NCBI GenBank assembly: GCA_000431795.1 | Contig: FR887373.1 | Location: 53,818 to 117,817, forward strand | DNA: 64,000 nt | Source: Clostridium sp. CAG:302 | GTDB lineage: Bacteria; Bacillota_I; Bacilli_A; RF39; UBA660 | Direction of reading: 5' to 3' | In this document: in pieces, positions 49,910-61,955 of the stretch | How the letters are laid out: every line of letters begins with the position of its first letter | Numbering within the stretch: the first letter of the stretch is position 1 | Program-made: the position numbers and the translations under genes | The notes under the pieces: generated by a model | Database searches by the model: none | What the model was told of the DNA's origin: nothing | Seen by the model: only the letters and a program-made list of their open reading frames with translations

Positions 49910-51157
49910 ATGAAAAAAAGTTATATATTTATAGGTATATTTTTAATATTTATTATAATTATTACAGTAGTAGGTAGTATCATAGTTACAGGTAATATTA
50001 AAGTAAGTGAAGATAAAGATATTCTACTAGTGCAAAGTAATAAAGAAGTATATTTTAAACCTTATGGTTATAGTATAGATAATCCTAATATAGTAGTTAA
50101 TCCTTATGGTAATAGTCCTTTAACAGCACTAGTAATGTTTGAAACAGATAACTATAGTGAAGTATCTATTAAAATATTAAGTAAAGATGGTAATAGTGAT
50201 ATAAATTATACATTTAGTAAAAATAAGTATCATTTAATACCAATATATGGATTATATGCTGATTATGATAATACAGTTATATTATCAAGTGAAGATAAAA
50301 GTAAAACTATTAACATCAAGACTAGTAGTTTACCAGAAAACTTTACTTATGTAGATAATATGACTTATGATAATTTTATATTTTATAATAGTAATTACCC
50401 TTATGCTATTGATAGTAATGGTGAAGTAAGATGGTATTTAAATAGTAATTATTATGGTAATATAAGTATGACCAATGAGTCTTCAATTGTTATTGGTAGC
50501 GATAGATATAATGAGAATGGTAATGTAATATCTTTATATCAAATGAACCTATTAGGTAAAGTTTATAATGAATATATAGTTAATAATTATTATGGAGTTA
50601 ATACTGTTTATGGAGGAATAATTAGTGTACTTTCTGATGATGTTATCTCTATTGATTTACAGACTGGTAATACTATAAAGAAGTATTTTAAGAAAGATGA
50701 TTATGATTATATTGATAATGTAGATGGTAATATTATTTTAAGAAAGAATAATGGCTTCTATAAGGTGGTGGATAATAATAAATTAGAAGATACTACTTAT
50801 GAATATAAAGAAAAAGTAATAAGTTTTTATAATAATACTTCTAATTATAGTATTGCGCCTTCGGTTAGATATGGTAGGCTAGATGAGACTACTGAAAGTA
50901 AAAAGAAGATATCTTTAATTAACTATGATAAAAGTAATGATGTAGGTATTTCTTTTGAGAAAGAAGTAGATAGGACAATGATTAAGAATAATAATAAGGA
51001 TAAAGTTTATGTTATTCTTGATAAGTTTTTAGATAAGAGAGTTTATGAAGTATCTGATACTTTTTATATTAATGATACGGGGCTTAATGGTAAATATACA
51101 GTTTATGTTAAAGTAAAAGATAAACTATATAGGACAGATTATTATATTGAGGTGTAA
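49910..51157 (+). CDS. Membrane-anchored extracytoplasmic protein, possibly arylsulfotransferase (ASST)-like
   Basis: N-terminal TM. NPYGNSPLTALVMFETD resembles the ASST N-domain from memory. Low functional confidence. Confidence 0.5.
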   Translation: MKKSYIFIGIFLIFIIIITVVGSIIVTGNIKVSEDKDILLVQSNKEVYFKPYGYSIDNPNIVVNPYGNSPLTALVMFETDNYSEVSIKILSKDGNSDINYTFSKNKYHLIPIYGLYADYDNTVILSSEDKSKTINIKTSSLPENFTYVDNMTYDNFIFYNSNYPYAIDSNGEVRWYLNSNYYGNISMTNESSIVIGSDRYNENGNVISLYQMNLLGKVYNEYIVNNYYGVNTVYGGIISVLSDDVISIDLQTGNTIKKYFKKDDYDYIDNVDGNIILRKNNGFYKVVDNNKLEDTTYEYKEKVISFYNNTSNYSIAPSVRYGRLDETTESKKKISLINYDKSNDVGISFEKEVDRTMIKNNNKDKVYVILDKFLDKRVYEVSDTFYINDTGLNGKYTVYVKVKDKLYRTDYYIEV

Positions 51158-51158
51158 A

Positions 51159-52355
51159 ATGGAAAGAATAATTTTACATGTTGATGTTAATAACGCTTTT
51201 CTTAGCTGGTCTGCGGTGTGGCTACTAAAGAATGGTTATGAAAAAGATATTAGAAATAGGTATGCTATTATTGCTGGAGATGAAACACAAAGAAGAGGTA
51301 TTGTTTTAGCAAAGAGTAATTTGTGTAAAAAGAAAGGTGTTAAGACTGCTGAAGCAATTTATTTAGCTAGAAAAAAGTGTCCTTATTTAGAGATTTATCC
51401 TCCTAGATATGATGTATATAAAAAGTTTTCAGATATGATGTATAAATATTTATGTAATTATACTAATATTATTGAAAGATATTCTATTGATGAGTGTTTT
51501 CTTGATTACACTGGTAGTGTTAAGTTGTTTGGTGATCCAGTAAAAGTAGCTTACAAAATTAAAGATGAGATTTATAGAAAATTTGGATTTACGGTCAATG
51601 TTGGTGTTGGTAATAATAAATTACTTGCTAAAATGGCTTCTGACTTTGAAAAGCCTAATAAAGTACATACGCTATTTAGTAATGAGGTCGAAACTAAAAT
51701 GTTTCCTCTGCCTATTGATGATTTATTTATGACTGGTAGAGCAACTGCTAAAAAACTTAGAGAGATGGGAATTACTACAATTGGAGAACTTGCTAGAGTT
51801 CCTGTAGAAGAACTTACTAAGAAGTTTAAATCTATGGGTAAGATGTTACATGATTATGCAAATGGTATTGATAATAGTGAAGTTATGTATGAAAGAGAAC
51901 AAGCTAAGAGTATTTCTAACTCGACAGTTCTTCCATATAACTATAGAGATTCTGGCATGATAAAGAATGTTATATCTGATTTATCTAAGGAAATTGGTAA
52001 AAAGTTAAGAGACAATAAATTATATGCTGATACGATTGGCATTTGGTTTAAATATACTTATTTTGATAAGATTAGTAAACAAGTTAAACTAGATAATAGT
52101 ATCGCAAATGATGAAGAAATAGCAGGAAAGGCTTTTAGTATTTTTAATGAACTATGGAATGGTGAAGATGGTATTAGAAGTGTATGTGTATTTGTCAGTG
52201 GCCTATCTAATGAAAGAAAAGTGCAGCTTTCTTTATTTGATGAAAAGGTAGAAGAGGAAGAGAAGGAAGATAAACTACAAGAAGTAATTGATGACATTAG
52301 AAATAAGTTTGGTGATAGTGTTATTGGTTTTGCAAATGAGAAAAATAACAAGTAG
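51159..52355 (+). CDS. dinB: Y-family DNA polymerase IV
   Basis: ILHVDVNNAFLS, SIDECFLDYTG and VGVGNNKLLAKMASD. ATG at 51159 after GAGGTG. Confidence 0.88.
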   Translation: MERIILHVDVNNAFLSWSAVWLLKNGYEKDIRNRYAIIAGDETQRRGIVLAKSNLCKKKGVKTAEAIYLARKKCPYLEIYPPRYDVYKKFSDMMYKYLCNYTNIIERYSIDECFLDYTGSVKLFGDPVKVAYKIKDEIYRKFGFTVNVGVGNNKLLAKMASDFEKPNKVHTLFSNEVETKMFPLPIDDLFMTGRATAKKLREMGITTIGELARVPVEELTKKFKSMGKMLHDYANGIDNSEVMYEREQAKSISNSTVLPYNYRDSGMIKNVISDLSKEIGKKLRDNKLYADTIGIWFKYTYFDKISKQVKLDNSIANDEEIAGKAFSIFNELWNGEDGIRSVCVFVSGLSNERKVQLSLFDEKVEEEEKEDKLQEVIDDIRNKFGDSVIGFANEKNNK

Positions 52356-52364
52356 GGAGGTATT

Positions 52365-55361
52365 ATGGGATTATTTGATGGATTTAAAAAAAGAAAAAAA
52401 GACTATAAAGAAGTAGCTGCGGATAACACAAAATTATCGGAAAGAGATATGCTTATCAATAAAATCGGTAGTGATAAAATACAATATATTTGTGATATGT
52501 ATATGATAAAAAAAGATAATTTATCTATTGATTTTTTAACAAAATTAGCTTCTTCTGAAGAAATAATTAACTTTTTAACTCAAAACTTTTTAACTTCTGA
52601 AAGTGTACAAAAAATGAATAATAATAATTTTTCATTGAACGATGCCTTGAATAATTTTCAATATGATATTTTACGATTTCCTGTTTTATTTAAAGATGAT
52701 GAAAAAAATAAGATATTATTACTTAATAAAGAAATAAAGGTTTCACAAGGCAATTATGTATCTGTTCAAATGGATGATTTTAATTTAAATAACCTATCTC
52801 TCAATGAAGAATATGATACAGCTATACAATCTTATTTTAGTAATGTTACTATAAAAAAAGATAGTAAAAAGATTTTATCTGTCAAACTAAATGATATCTA
52901 TTCTATTTCAGATATTAATATGTTGTTTCCTAGTAATAATATTTATTATAATACTCATGATTTTTCTTATTGTGTAGATAATTCATTACAAATAAATGAT
53001 AAAACTATTGTTGTTATTAGTTCGGAAAAATTCAAAGCTTTGACTGAAATACAAGTAGAAAATTTAAAAAACTGTATAGTTGTATTGAAAGATGATATAA
53101 ATAAAATTAATAAATTATATGATAATTTTAGAAATAAAAGTTTTAATGATAATTTTTCTGCTTTAGAAAATGATAATCTAAATAATGAACTTATTAAAAC
53201 TAATCATTTATTATATATAGTCAATAATTCTAATTTAGATAGTAATAGAAAGAAGTATTTTGAATATTGGATAAAAAAATATTATAAAAATAATAGTTTA
53301 CCTTATTATGTACAGGAATTTGCTGATAAGTTAACTAAAGAAATAGGAATAGATGAGATAAAAAGAATCTCCTACCAATTTGATGATTTGGAATATAATA
53401 AAAAAATAAATGTTATTGAACTTGATAATTATGATGTATCAATATTTTTAGGTGAATTTGAAAATATTGATAATGTAAATTTATCTACATTAATTAATGC
53501 TGTTAGTAAATTAAATAGTGAGGAAAAAGAAATAGTACTTGGTAATTTCAGAGTTAAAAATAAGCTTGCAAGTGAAATACTTAATGAATGTAGTGGTGAT
53601 ATATATAGTTATTTTGAATCATTAAAATTAAAATTATCTGTTACTGAAATATTGTCTTTGCTTGATGTTAAGAAGATTAAAGATAATTTTATCGGGGATA
53701 AAAAATATTTAGAATATAAACTATTTGCTAGTTTATGCCGCAGTGAAGTGGAAGTAAATGAAACAATCTCTTACTTACTTAATAATGATGAGATGTTTAT
53801 AGAGTTTTTTAAACAAAGTACTAATTTTTATAGTGCACTTGAAAGTTTGAATGGAAAGTTGTTAATAGATACATTAACTAAACTTAAACAGAATAATATG
53901 GATACTCAATGTTATGATTTTGTTAGTTGCCTTTCTTTAGATACCCAAAAGGAACTTATTGATGAGAAACTTGATGATGAAATTATTTCTATACTTATAC
54001 CAAAATTTAGAATAGATGCGGTAAATTATTTTTTTAAGGTGGATAATAGAGCAAATTATTTATTTAAAAATTTTGATATGCAAAATTTTGTTAGAACTGG
54101 TGTAATATTTAATGATACTATTTTAAGAAGTAATGAATTTTTTGATATGCTGAAGAGTAAAAGTTTTGTGGACTTTCGAATAAATATAAATAATGTTGAA
54201 GTTGGTAATTCACCTGAGTTTATTGAAATTAAACTAAAAAAATATTATGATGCAATATTTAATGATTATGATGAAAATAAGGGAATGTTTAAGGAATATA
54301 TAGAAATACTTGCTGCTCCTGATGTATTTAAGGATTATAAGAAATTTAATAATTATATATTAGATGATGATGCATTTCAAATTTTAAATTCGTCTAATCA
54401 ATTAAAAAATGGTGATTGTATTGATATGTTTAAAAAATTAACTAATCAAAAAATTAGCGAAGTACTTGTTGATGCACTCTTTGCCGATAATATTTATAAT
54501 GTTCAGCTTAATATTAAGGAAATGTTTAGATTTAATAGTAAACTTAATGATAATGAAAAAGTAATTGATACTACTAGGGAACAATTTTATAAAATGATTT
54601 TGAATATAGATAATGTTCCTTGTACTGATAAAATTAAATTGTATAGAGAGTTAAAGGATAAAAATATTAATCTAATGTTTTATGAAGATCTTAGAAAACT
54701 AAAAGATAAATCTTACAACCTTATTAAAAGTGAACTTTTTGACTTTAAAAATAATGGTGACTCCTATAACGAAGAATTAAGTAATAAATATGGTACTTCT
54801 GTTTATGATATGAGAAATAAAGATTTTTTCATGCTAGTTAGAGCGGAAAATGGACATAGAGATAAGGATAGATGGAGAAGAAACTGTTATTCAATTATAT
54901 CAGATGATAATACTGATGTTTTTGGCCATGGCTCTGTAAATATTTATGGATATAATTCATTTGAAAATGACAGAGTTCTTCATATGTTTGAAGGCGATGC
55001 TTTTAGTGGAGATGAAAATAAAAATTTTGGTAGTAGAGAAAGAGTTAATAGAATAATGACTCCTGAAGAGTTAGCAAATAGTAGTAGTTGGTATAGTGAA
55101 ATACAATTAGTAAATATAAAAGATAGTAATTCAAAGAATACATATTTTGCTAAACAACCTGATTTTATAGTGGTATATAATAAACCATCTGAAGGGAATA
55201 TAAGAGAGAGTAAAGAGAGAGGTATACCAATTGTTATTATAAATGAGCAAAGATTAAAAGATGATAAGAAAATTGACATTGATAAAAATATGGGTATGTA
55301 TGATGATATATATATTAATAATTCTTATGATGAAGAAAATAGTGATAGAAAAGCTAGATAA
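52365..55361 (+). CDS. Large (998 aa) N/K/D-rich cytoplasmic protein of unknown function
   Basis: Uninterrupted ORF with RBS GGGAGG. It begins 9 nt after dinB and ends 3 nt before tex. No TM, signal or catalytic motif recognised by eye. Confidence 0.8.
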   Translation: MGLFDGFKKRKKDYKEVAADNTKLSERDMLINKIGSDKIQYICDMYMIKKDNLSIDFLTKLASSEEIINFLTQNFLTSESVQKMNNNNFSLNDALNNFQYDILRFPVLFKDDEKNKILLLNKEIKVSQGNYVSVQMDDFNLNNLSLNEEYDTAIQSYFSNVTIKKDSKKILSVKLNDIYSISDINMLFPSNNIYYNTHDFSYCVDNSLQINDKTIVVISSEKFKALTEIQVENLKNCIVVLKDDINKINKLYDNFRNKSFNDNFSALENDNLNNELIKTNHLLYIVNNSNLDSNRKKYFEYWIKKYYKNNSLPYYVQEFADKLTKEIGIDEIKRISYQFDDLEYNKKINVIELDNYDVSIFLGEFENIDNVNLSTLINAVSKLNSEEKEIVLGNFRVKNKLASEILNECSGDIYSYFESLKLKLSVTEILSLLDVKKIKDNFIGDKKYLEYKLFASLCRSEVEVNETISYLLNNDEMFIEFFKQSTNFYSALESLNGKLLIDTLTKLKQNNMDTQCYDFVSCLSLDTQKELIDEKLDDEIISILIPKFRIDAVNYFFKVDNRANYLFKNFDMQNFVRTGVIFNDTILRSNEFFDMLKSKSFVDFRININNVEVGNSPEFIEIKLKKYYDAIFNDYDENKGMFKEYIEILAAPDVFKDYKKFNNYILDDDAFQILNSSNQLKNGDCIDMFKKLTNQKISEVLVDALFADNIYNVQLNIKEMFRFNSKLNDNEKVIDTTREQFYKMILNIDNVPCTDKIKLYRELKDKNINLMFYEDLRKLKDKSYNLIKSELFDFKNNGDSYNEELSNKYGTSVYDMRNKDFFMLVRAENGHRDKDRWRRNCYSIISDDNTDVFGHGSVNIYGYNSFENDRVLHMFEGDAFSGDENKNFGSRERVNRIMTPEELANSSSWYSEIQLVNIKDSNSKNTYFAKQPDFIVVYNKPSEGNIRESKERGIPIVIINEQRLKDDKKIDIDKNMGMYDDIYINNSYDEENSDRKAR

Positions 55362-55364
55362 GGA

Positions 55365-57539
55365 ATGGTGATAGTAATGAATAATGAAATAATAAATGAA
55401 ATTAGTGAAAATTTAAATATTAAAAAGGAAGGAATAGAAGCAGTACTTAAATTACTTGAAGAAGGTAATACAGTACCTTTTATTGCTAGATATAGAAAAG
55501 AAGCTACTGGCGCTTTAGATGAAGAACAAATTAGAAGTATTAATGAGTATTATGAATATCAAGTCAATCTATTAAAGAGAAAAGAAGATGTTATTAGATT
55601 AATTGATGAAAAGGGTTTGCTTACCGATGAACTTAAGGATAATATTATGAAGGCTTCTAAACTAGTGGAAGTTGAAGATATATATAGACCTTATAAAGAA
55701 AAGAAAAAGACTAAGGCTACAGAAGCTATTAAGAATGGTTTGGAACCTTTAGCTAAGATTATTATGTCATTTAAAAAGGTAGATATTAAAAAAATAGCAG
55801 AATCATATCTTAATGATAATGTTAAAAGTGTTGATGAAGCAATCACAGGTGCTAGTTATATCATTGCTGAATGGATTAGTGATAATGCTAGTTATCGTAA
55901 ATATATTAGAAGTAATATGAGTAATTATGGAGTAATCCATAGTAAATTAAAGAAGGGGGCTACTGATGAGAGTAAAACTTATGAGATGTACCATGATTAT
56001 GAAGAGAGAGTTAAATACATTAAACCACATAGAGTGCTTGCTTTAAATAGGGGAGAAAAAGAGGGTATTTTATCTGTTGATATATCTGCTGATGATGATT
56101 ATATTATTTCTTTTTTAGAAAAGAAACTTATTAAAGACGAAAGTACTGAGAGTGCTAGTATTGTAAAGTCTGCGATTAGAGATAGTTATAAAAGACTTAT
56201 TATTCCTAGTATTGAAAGGGAAGTAAGAGCAGATTTAAAGGAAGTGGCAGAAACTGCTGCTATTGAAGTGTTTGGAGAAAATTTAGAAAATCTAATTTTA
56301 ACTCCTCCAATGAAAGATATCATGGTTCTTGGATTTGATCCAGCATATAGAACAGGATGCAAATTAGCGGTTGTTAGCCCTACTTCTAGTGTACTTAATA
56401 TTTCAGTTATTTATCCTCATGAGCCACATAATAAGTGGGAAGAATCAAAGAAAGTACTTAAAGATTTATTTAAAAAGTATAATATTGATGTAGTCTCTAT
56501 TGGTAATGGTACTGCTTCAAGAGAGAGTGAAAAATTAGTAGCGGAGGCTATTAGCGAGTATAAAGATAAGGATGTTAAGTATGTTATTGTAAGTGAAGCA
56601 GGGGCAAGTGTTTACTCTGCCAGTGAACTTGCAATTAAAGAGTTTCCTGATTTAACTGTTGAAAAGAGAAGTGCTATTAGTATAGCAAGAAGGCTACAGG
56701 ATCCTTTATCAGAACTTGTCAAAATTGATAGTAAGAGTATTGGGGTAGGACAGTATCAACATGATGTAAATGAAAAGAAACTTGACGAGTCGCTTGATTT
56801 TGTTGTTAGCAAATGTGTTAATAATGTAGGTGTTAATATTAATACTGCTAGTACATCTATACTTAAATATGTTTCTGGTTTAACTAAAACTTCAATAGAT
56901 AAAATTATTGGTTACAGAGAAAAGAATGGTAGAATTAATTCTAGAGATGAACTTGTAAAGGGAAAGGTACTAACTCCTAAAGTGTATGAGCAGTCTATAG
57001 GATTTATGAGGGTTATTGATGGAAATAATATTATGGATGAAACTTCTATTCACCCAGAGAGTTATGCAGTGGCAAGTAAGTTACTTGAAGATATTGGATA
57101 TACTGCTAAAGATGTTGGTAAGGAAGAATTAGTTAAGAAGCTTGATGGTATTAATCTTGATGAGTATTCTAAAAAATTGGGAGTTGATAAGTACACACTT
57201 GAAGATATTATTAAATGTTTAAAACAACCTAACAGAGATTTTAGAGATGATTTTGAAAAACCAATACTTAAGAGTGATATTCTTAAGATAGAAGATTTAA
57301 AAGAAGGAATGGAGCTTTTTGGTACTGTTAGAAATGTTGTAGATTTTGGCGCTTTCGTAGATATTGGTCTTCACGATGATGCCCTTGTTCATATATCTAA
57401 ACTTACTGATAAGTATATTAAACATCCTAGTGAAGTGGTGGCAGTTGGGGATATTGTTACCTGCTATGTAGAAAAGATTGATTTGGCTAAAAATAGGGTA
57501 AGCTTATCCTTAATTAATCCTAATATGGTTAAAAATTAA
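55365..57539 (+). CDS. tex: Tex-like transcription accessory protein (YqgF/HhH/S1 domains)
   Basis: VPFIARYRKEATG N-terminus, YqgF-like region (GFDPAYRTGCK), HhH, and a C-terminal S1 domain (GTVRNVVDFGAFVDIG). An alternative ATG is at 55377. Confidence 0.92.
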   Translation: MVIVMNNEIINEISENLNIKKEGIEAVLKLLEEGNTVPFIARYRKEATGALDEEQIRSINEYYEYQVNLLKRKEDVIRLIDEKGLLTDELKDNIMKASKLVEVEDIYRPYKEKKKTKATEAIKNGLEPLAKIIMSFKKVDIKKIAESYLNDNVKSVDEAITGASYIIAEWISDNASYRKYIRSNMSNYGVIHSKLKKGATDESKTYEMYHDYEERVKYIKPHRVLALNRGEKEGILSVDISADDDYIISFLEKKLIKDESTESASIVKSAIRDSYKRLIIPSIEREVRADLKEVAETAAIEVFGENLENLILTPPMKDIMVLGFDPAYRTGCKLAVVSPTSSVLNISVIYPHEPHNKWEESKKVLKDLFKKYNIDVVSIGNGTASRESEKLVAEAISEYKDKDVKYVIVSEAGASVYSASELAIKEFPDLTVEKRSAISIARRLQDPLSELVKIDSKSIGVGQYQHDVNEKKLDESLDFVVSKCVNNVGVNINTASTSILKYVSGLTKTSIDKIIGYREKNGRINSRDELVKGKVLTPKVYEQSIGFMRVIDGNNIMDETSIHPESYAVASKLLEDIGYTAKDVGKEELVKKLDGINLDEYSKKLGVDKYTLEDIIKCLKQPNRDFRDDFEKPILKSDILKIEDLKEGMELFGTVRNVVDFGAFVDIGLHDDALVHISKLTDKYIKHPSEVVAVGDIVTCYVEKIDLAKNRVSLSLINPNMVKN

Positions 57540-57589
57540 TGAAAATTAGTAAAAAATATGTAATTTTATAAAAAAAATGTATAAAATAA

Positions 57590-57618
57590 TTGACAGATAG
57601 GCAATTTTATAGTATCAT
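57590..57618 (+). promoter_or_regulatory. Sigma-A promoter of tRNA-Gly
   Basis: TTGACA, 17-nt spacer, TATCAT. It ends 18 nt before the tRNA 5' end. Confidence 0.6.
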
Positions 57619-57635
57619 TATTATTGCCTACTGAT

Positions 57636-57709
57636 GCAGATGTAGTTTAATGGTAGAACCTCAGCCTTCCAAGCTGACTGCGTGAGTTCGATTCTCATCA
57701 TCTGCTCCA
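57636..57709 (+). tRNA. tRNA-Gly (anticodon UCC), CCA encoded
   Basis: 74-nt cloverleaf folded by hand. Acceptor GCAGATG/CATCTGC, anticodon loop CTTCCAA, T-loop TTCGATT, 3' TCCA. Confidence 0.93.
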
Positions 57710-57748
57710 GAAGCAAAAATCGTCGCACCAAAGCGATGTTAATGATTA

Positions 57749-57775
57749 AATCAATCAGAAATGATTGATTTTTTT
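57749..57775 (+). terminator. Intrinsic terminator after tRNA-Gly
   Basis: AATCAATCA-GAAA-TGATTGATT followed by T5. Confidence 0.8.
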
Positions 57776-57803
57776 GTCGTTTAAGAAAGGTGTTGATGAT
57801 ATT

Positions 57804-58079
57804 ATGATAAAAATAATCAAACAAGAAATTAAAATAAGTCATGAACTTAAAAGCAAAGTTGAATGGGCTTGTAGGCTTAATAATACTAAACCAATTTTTA
57901 TTAATGGCAGTTTATTAAAACTAGAACCTACCAATATAGGCTATTTAGAGCCTCATAGAGCAATTATTAATAATAAGACATATCTTTTATTTAACGGACA
58001 CGAATTTGCTTACTACAGAGATTTAAATACCAAAATTAAACTATCTGATTTAAAAGATTTCATTAAAAAACTAAAATAA
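57804..58079 (+). CDS. Hypothetical protein (92 aa)
   Basis: ATG 57804 after AAAGGTG. No motif recognised. Confidence 0.45.
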   Translation: MIKIIKQEIKISHELKSKVEWACRLNNTKPIFINGSLLKLEPTNIGYLEPHRAIINNKTYLLFNGHEFAYYRDLNTKIKLSDLKDFIKKLK

Positions 58080-58150
58080 TGACAAAATCTGTGCTATAAT
58101 GGTTATAGAAAATATTAAACCTATTGGGTGAAGTAGTATTTATAGCCTAA

Positions 58151-60001
<1,851 letters not shown>

Positions 60002-60026
60002 GTAAGTAAATAATAAGCAGGATAAA

Positions 60027-60098
60027 GAGAATGATAGCACTACCCTAATTTATTCTATATAAATAAAGGATTTATAGTGCTATCATTTCTTATTTTGT
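60027..60098 (+). terminator. Possible terminator of the recombinase gene
   Basis: 14-bp stem GAATGATAGCACTA / TAGTGCTATCATTT around a 32-nt loop, followed by a T-rich tail. Confidence 0.4.
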
Positions 60099-60378
60099 AC
60101 TTGCAAAATTGAGTTAAAAATATGGAAGAATTCTACCATACTTTTGATTTTAGCCTTTTGATTAAAGTATTTGCAAGGTTATATTTTGCTTCCAACAGTT
60201 GGATATACATTAGAAAACGTTGGATGAATCTTGGATGTTTTAAGTTGGTTTCAAAATATGTTGAAATTATGGTATAATTATATATAGAAGTGACAGATAA
60301 ATAGTAATTTGAAAGTGAACTAATAGTATGTTTAATATTAGATAAAAAATTGATATATTGTTCTTGGATGGTGATAAA

Positions 60379-60921
60379 ATGAATCAAGAAAAAATAGGAA
60401 AATTTATTGCTAAATTAAGAAAGCAAAAAAAATTAACTCAAGAACAGTTAGCAGAAAAATTAGGGATAACCAAAAATGCTGTAAGCAAGTGGGAAAGAGG
60501 ATTGGGCTTAATGGATTTGTCATTGTTAAAACCATTAAGTCACATTTTAGAAGTCTCGGTTACGGAAATATTAAATGGTGAGAGATTTACTAAAGAAGAA
60601 ATCGATTCAAAAAGTGAGGAAACTTTAATTGATACACTTGATTATTCTGCAAAAGAAATAAAAAAGGTAAAAAAGAATAAGTTTATAATAATATTATTAA
60701 CAATAGTTATTACTATTTTGTCAATTGTAATATTAGACACAATTCAAGCAATAGTATTTAAAAATAGCCCAATAATAAGTTGGAGAATTGAAGATGCTAA
60801 TGATAGTGATAGTTATGTAGACAAAGGTATTTTAATTGATACTTATTATTGTGTTAGCGATGATGTAATAACGGTAATTCCAACACTTAAAAATACAAAT
60901 TATAATTGCCCATCAGAATAA
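60379..60921 (+). CDS. Membrane-anchored XRE-family HTH regulator
   Basis: N-terminal HTH (LRKQKKLTQEQLAEKLGITKNAVSKWERG), a central TM (FIIILLTIVITILSIVIL) and a ~55-aa extracytoplasmic tail. ATG at 60379 after GGATGGTGA. Confidence 0.8.
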   Translation: MNQEKIGKFIAKLRKQKKLTQEQLAEKLGITKNAVSKWERGLGLMDLSLLKPLSHILEVSVTEILNGERFTKEEIDSKSEETLIDTLDYSAKEIKKVKKNKFIIILLTIVITILSIVILDTIQAIVFKNSPIISWRIEDANDSDSYVDKGILIDTYYCVSDDVITVIPTLKNTNYNCPSE

Positions 60922-61090
60922 TAATTACAAATTACAATTTAGTGATTTGTTAAATAAATAGTAATTTGCCGATAATCATTTTTTGAACAAAAGTTGTAAC
61001 TTTTTTAAAATATGTTACTATGTAGTTGATTATTAGTAGAATTAAAGCTTATTTTTATTAAAATAAGAACAAAATAAAGGAGGTATTGTT

Positions 61091-61657
61091 ATGAAAAAGA
61101 AAAAAATTATTATTTTATCTATTTTAGTTATCTTTATAATTGCTATGATTTGTGGTGTAATTTGGTACTTTAACAATAGAAATTCAAATTATAAGCCAAA
61201 TGGCAAATTAAATTATGATACAGTACTTGTGAATGAAGAAACAAATCCATATTATCAAGTTGGATTTGCTGATTATGTGTTTATAGGAAAGGTAGATAAG
61301 GAAATTGAAAGGACATTCTCAGATTATGGCTCAGCTAGAACTATATATGAAATCGAGGTAACAGAAAATTTGAAGGGTGATCTACAAAATATAATTAAAG
61401 TAACTTATCCTGGTGGATATGATAAAGATGGAACTCTTATATTGCATAAAGGTGATTATATAACGGATGAGGAATTACCAAAGATAGGTGAAAATTATAT
61501 ATTTGTGGGTATTGGACAGCCAAACGGAACAATATTATTACAAGATTTATATTCTGATACTCCATATACAGAAGAAAATAAAGAAAAATACTTGGACTAT
61601 ATTAATAATCAAGAGAATGTAGACAGAGAAAGATTTAAAAGTATTTATGAGAATTAG
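61091..61657 (+). CDS. Membrane-anchored extracytoplasmic hypothetical protein (188 aa)
   Basis: RBS AAGGAGG. N-terminal KKKK plus a hydrophobic anchor. No motif recognised. Confidence 0.6.
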   Translation: MKKKKIIILSILVIFIIAMICGVIWYFNNRNSNYKPNGKLNYDTVLVNEETNPYYQVGFADYVFIGKVDKEIERTFSDYGSARTIYEIEVTENLKGDLQNIIKVTYPGGYDKDGTLILHKGDYITDEELPKIGENYIFVGIGQPNGTILLQDLYSDTPYTEENKEKYLDYINNQENVDRERFKSIYEN

Positions 61658-61794
61658 AAAAATGCAATAGTTGATTAACAATAACTACTTTTCTTTTTTA
61701 TGCTATTATTGTAAAAGACAAATTACAATTTATTGGTGAGATTAGTTTGAAATATAACTAGTCTTTTTATTTTGAATAAGATTTATATTTTTTG

Positions 61795-61939
61795 TCTAGG
61801 GTAGAAAATATTTCCATCTAGGGTAGAAGATATTTCTATCCACGATGGAAAATTTGTCTAACATAATATGATAATATAATATAAAGAATTAATATAACAA
61901 GAATATAAATAATAATTTAAATTAGTATAAATATTTATA
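61795..61939 (+). repeat. Iteron + promoter-like module A
   Basis: Three tandem 20-22-bp iterons: TCTAGGGTAGAAAATATTTC, CATCTAGGGTAGAAGATATTTC and TATCCACGATGGAAAATTTGTC. They are followed by a 78-bp AT-rich segment (61862-61939), ~95% identical to 62121-62196. Confidence 0.7.
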
Positions 61940-61955
61940 CAGAAAGGATTTGATT

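Noticed and set aside
57599-57630. Inverted repeat TAGGCAAT..ATTGCCTA overlapping the tRNA-Gly promoter -10 and leader, as a possible operator.
   Set aside because: It is a single occurrence, an 8-bp AT-rich stem with a 16-nt loop. It is equally well explained as a 5' leader structure removed by RNase P, and nothing else supports a regulatory role.
57772-57780. The 9-mer TTTTTGTCG, also present at 63284-63292, as attL/attR of the island.
   Set aside because: It is too short and T-rich to be significant. Serine-recombinase att sites are not simple direct repeats. The boundaries therefore remain undetermined.
60133-60387. 84-aa - strand ORF between the recombinase and the XRE regulator.
   Set aside because: No RBS and low-complexity translation. 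It overlaps the XRE start and its extended -10 promoter (TGGTATAAT at 60270-60278).
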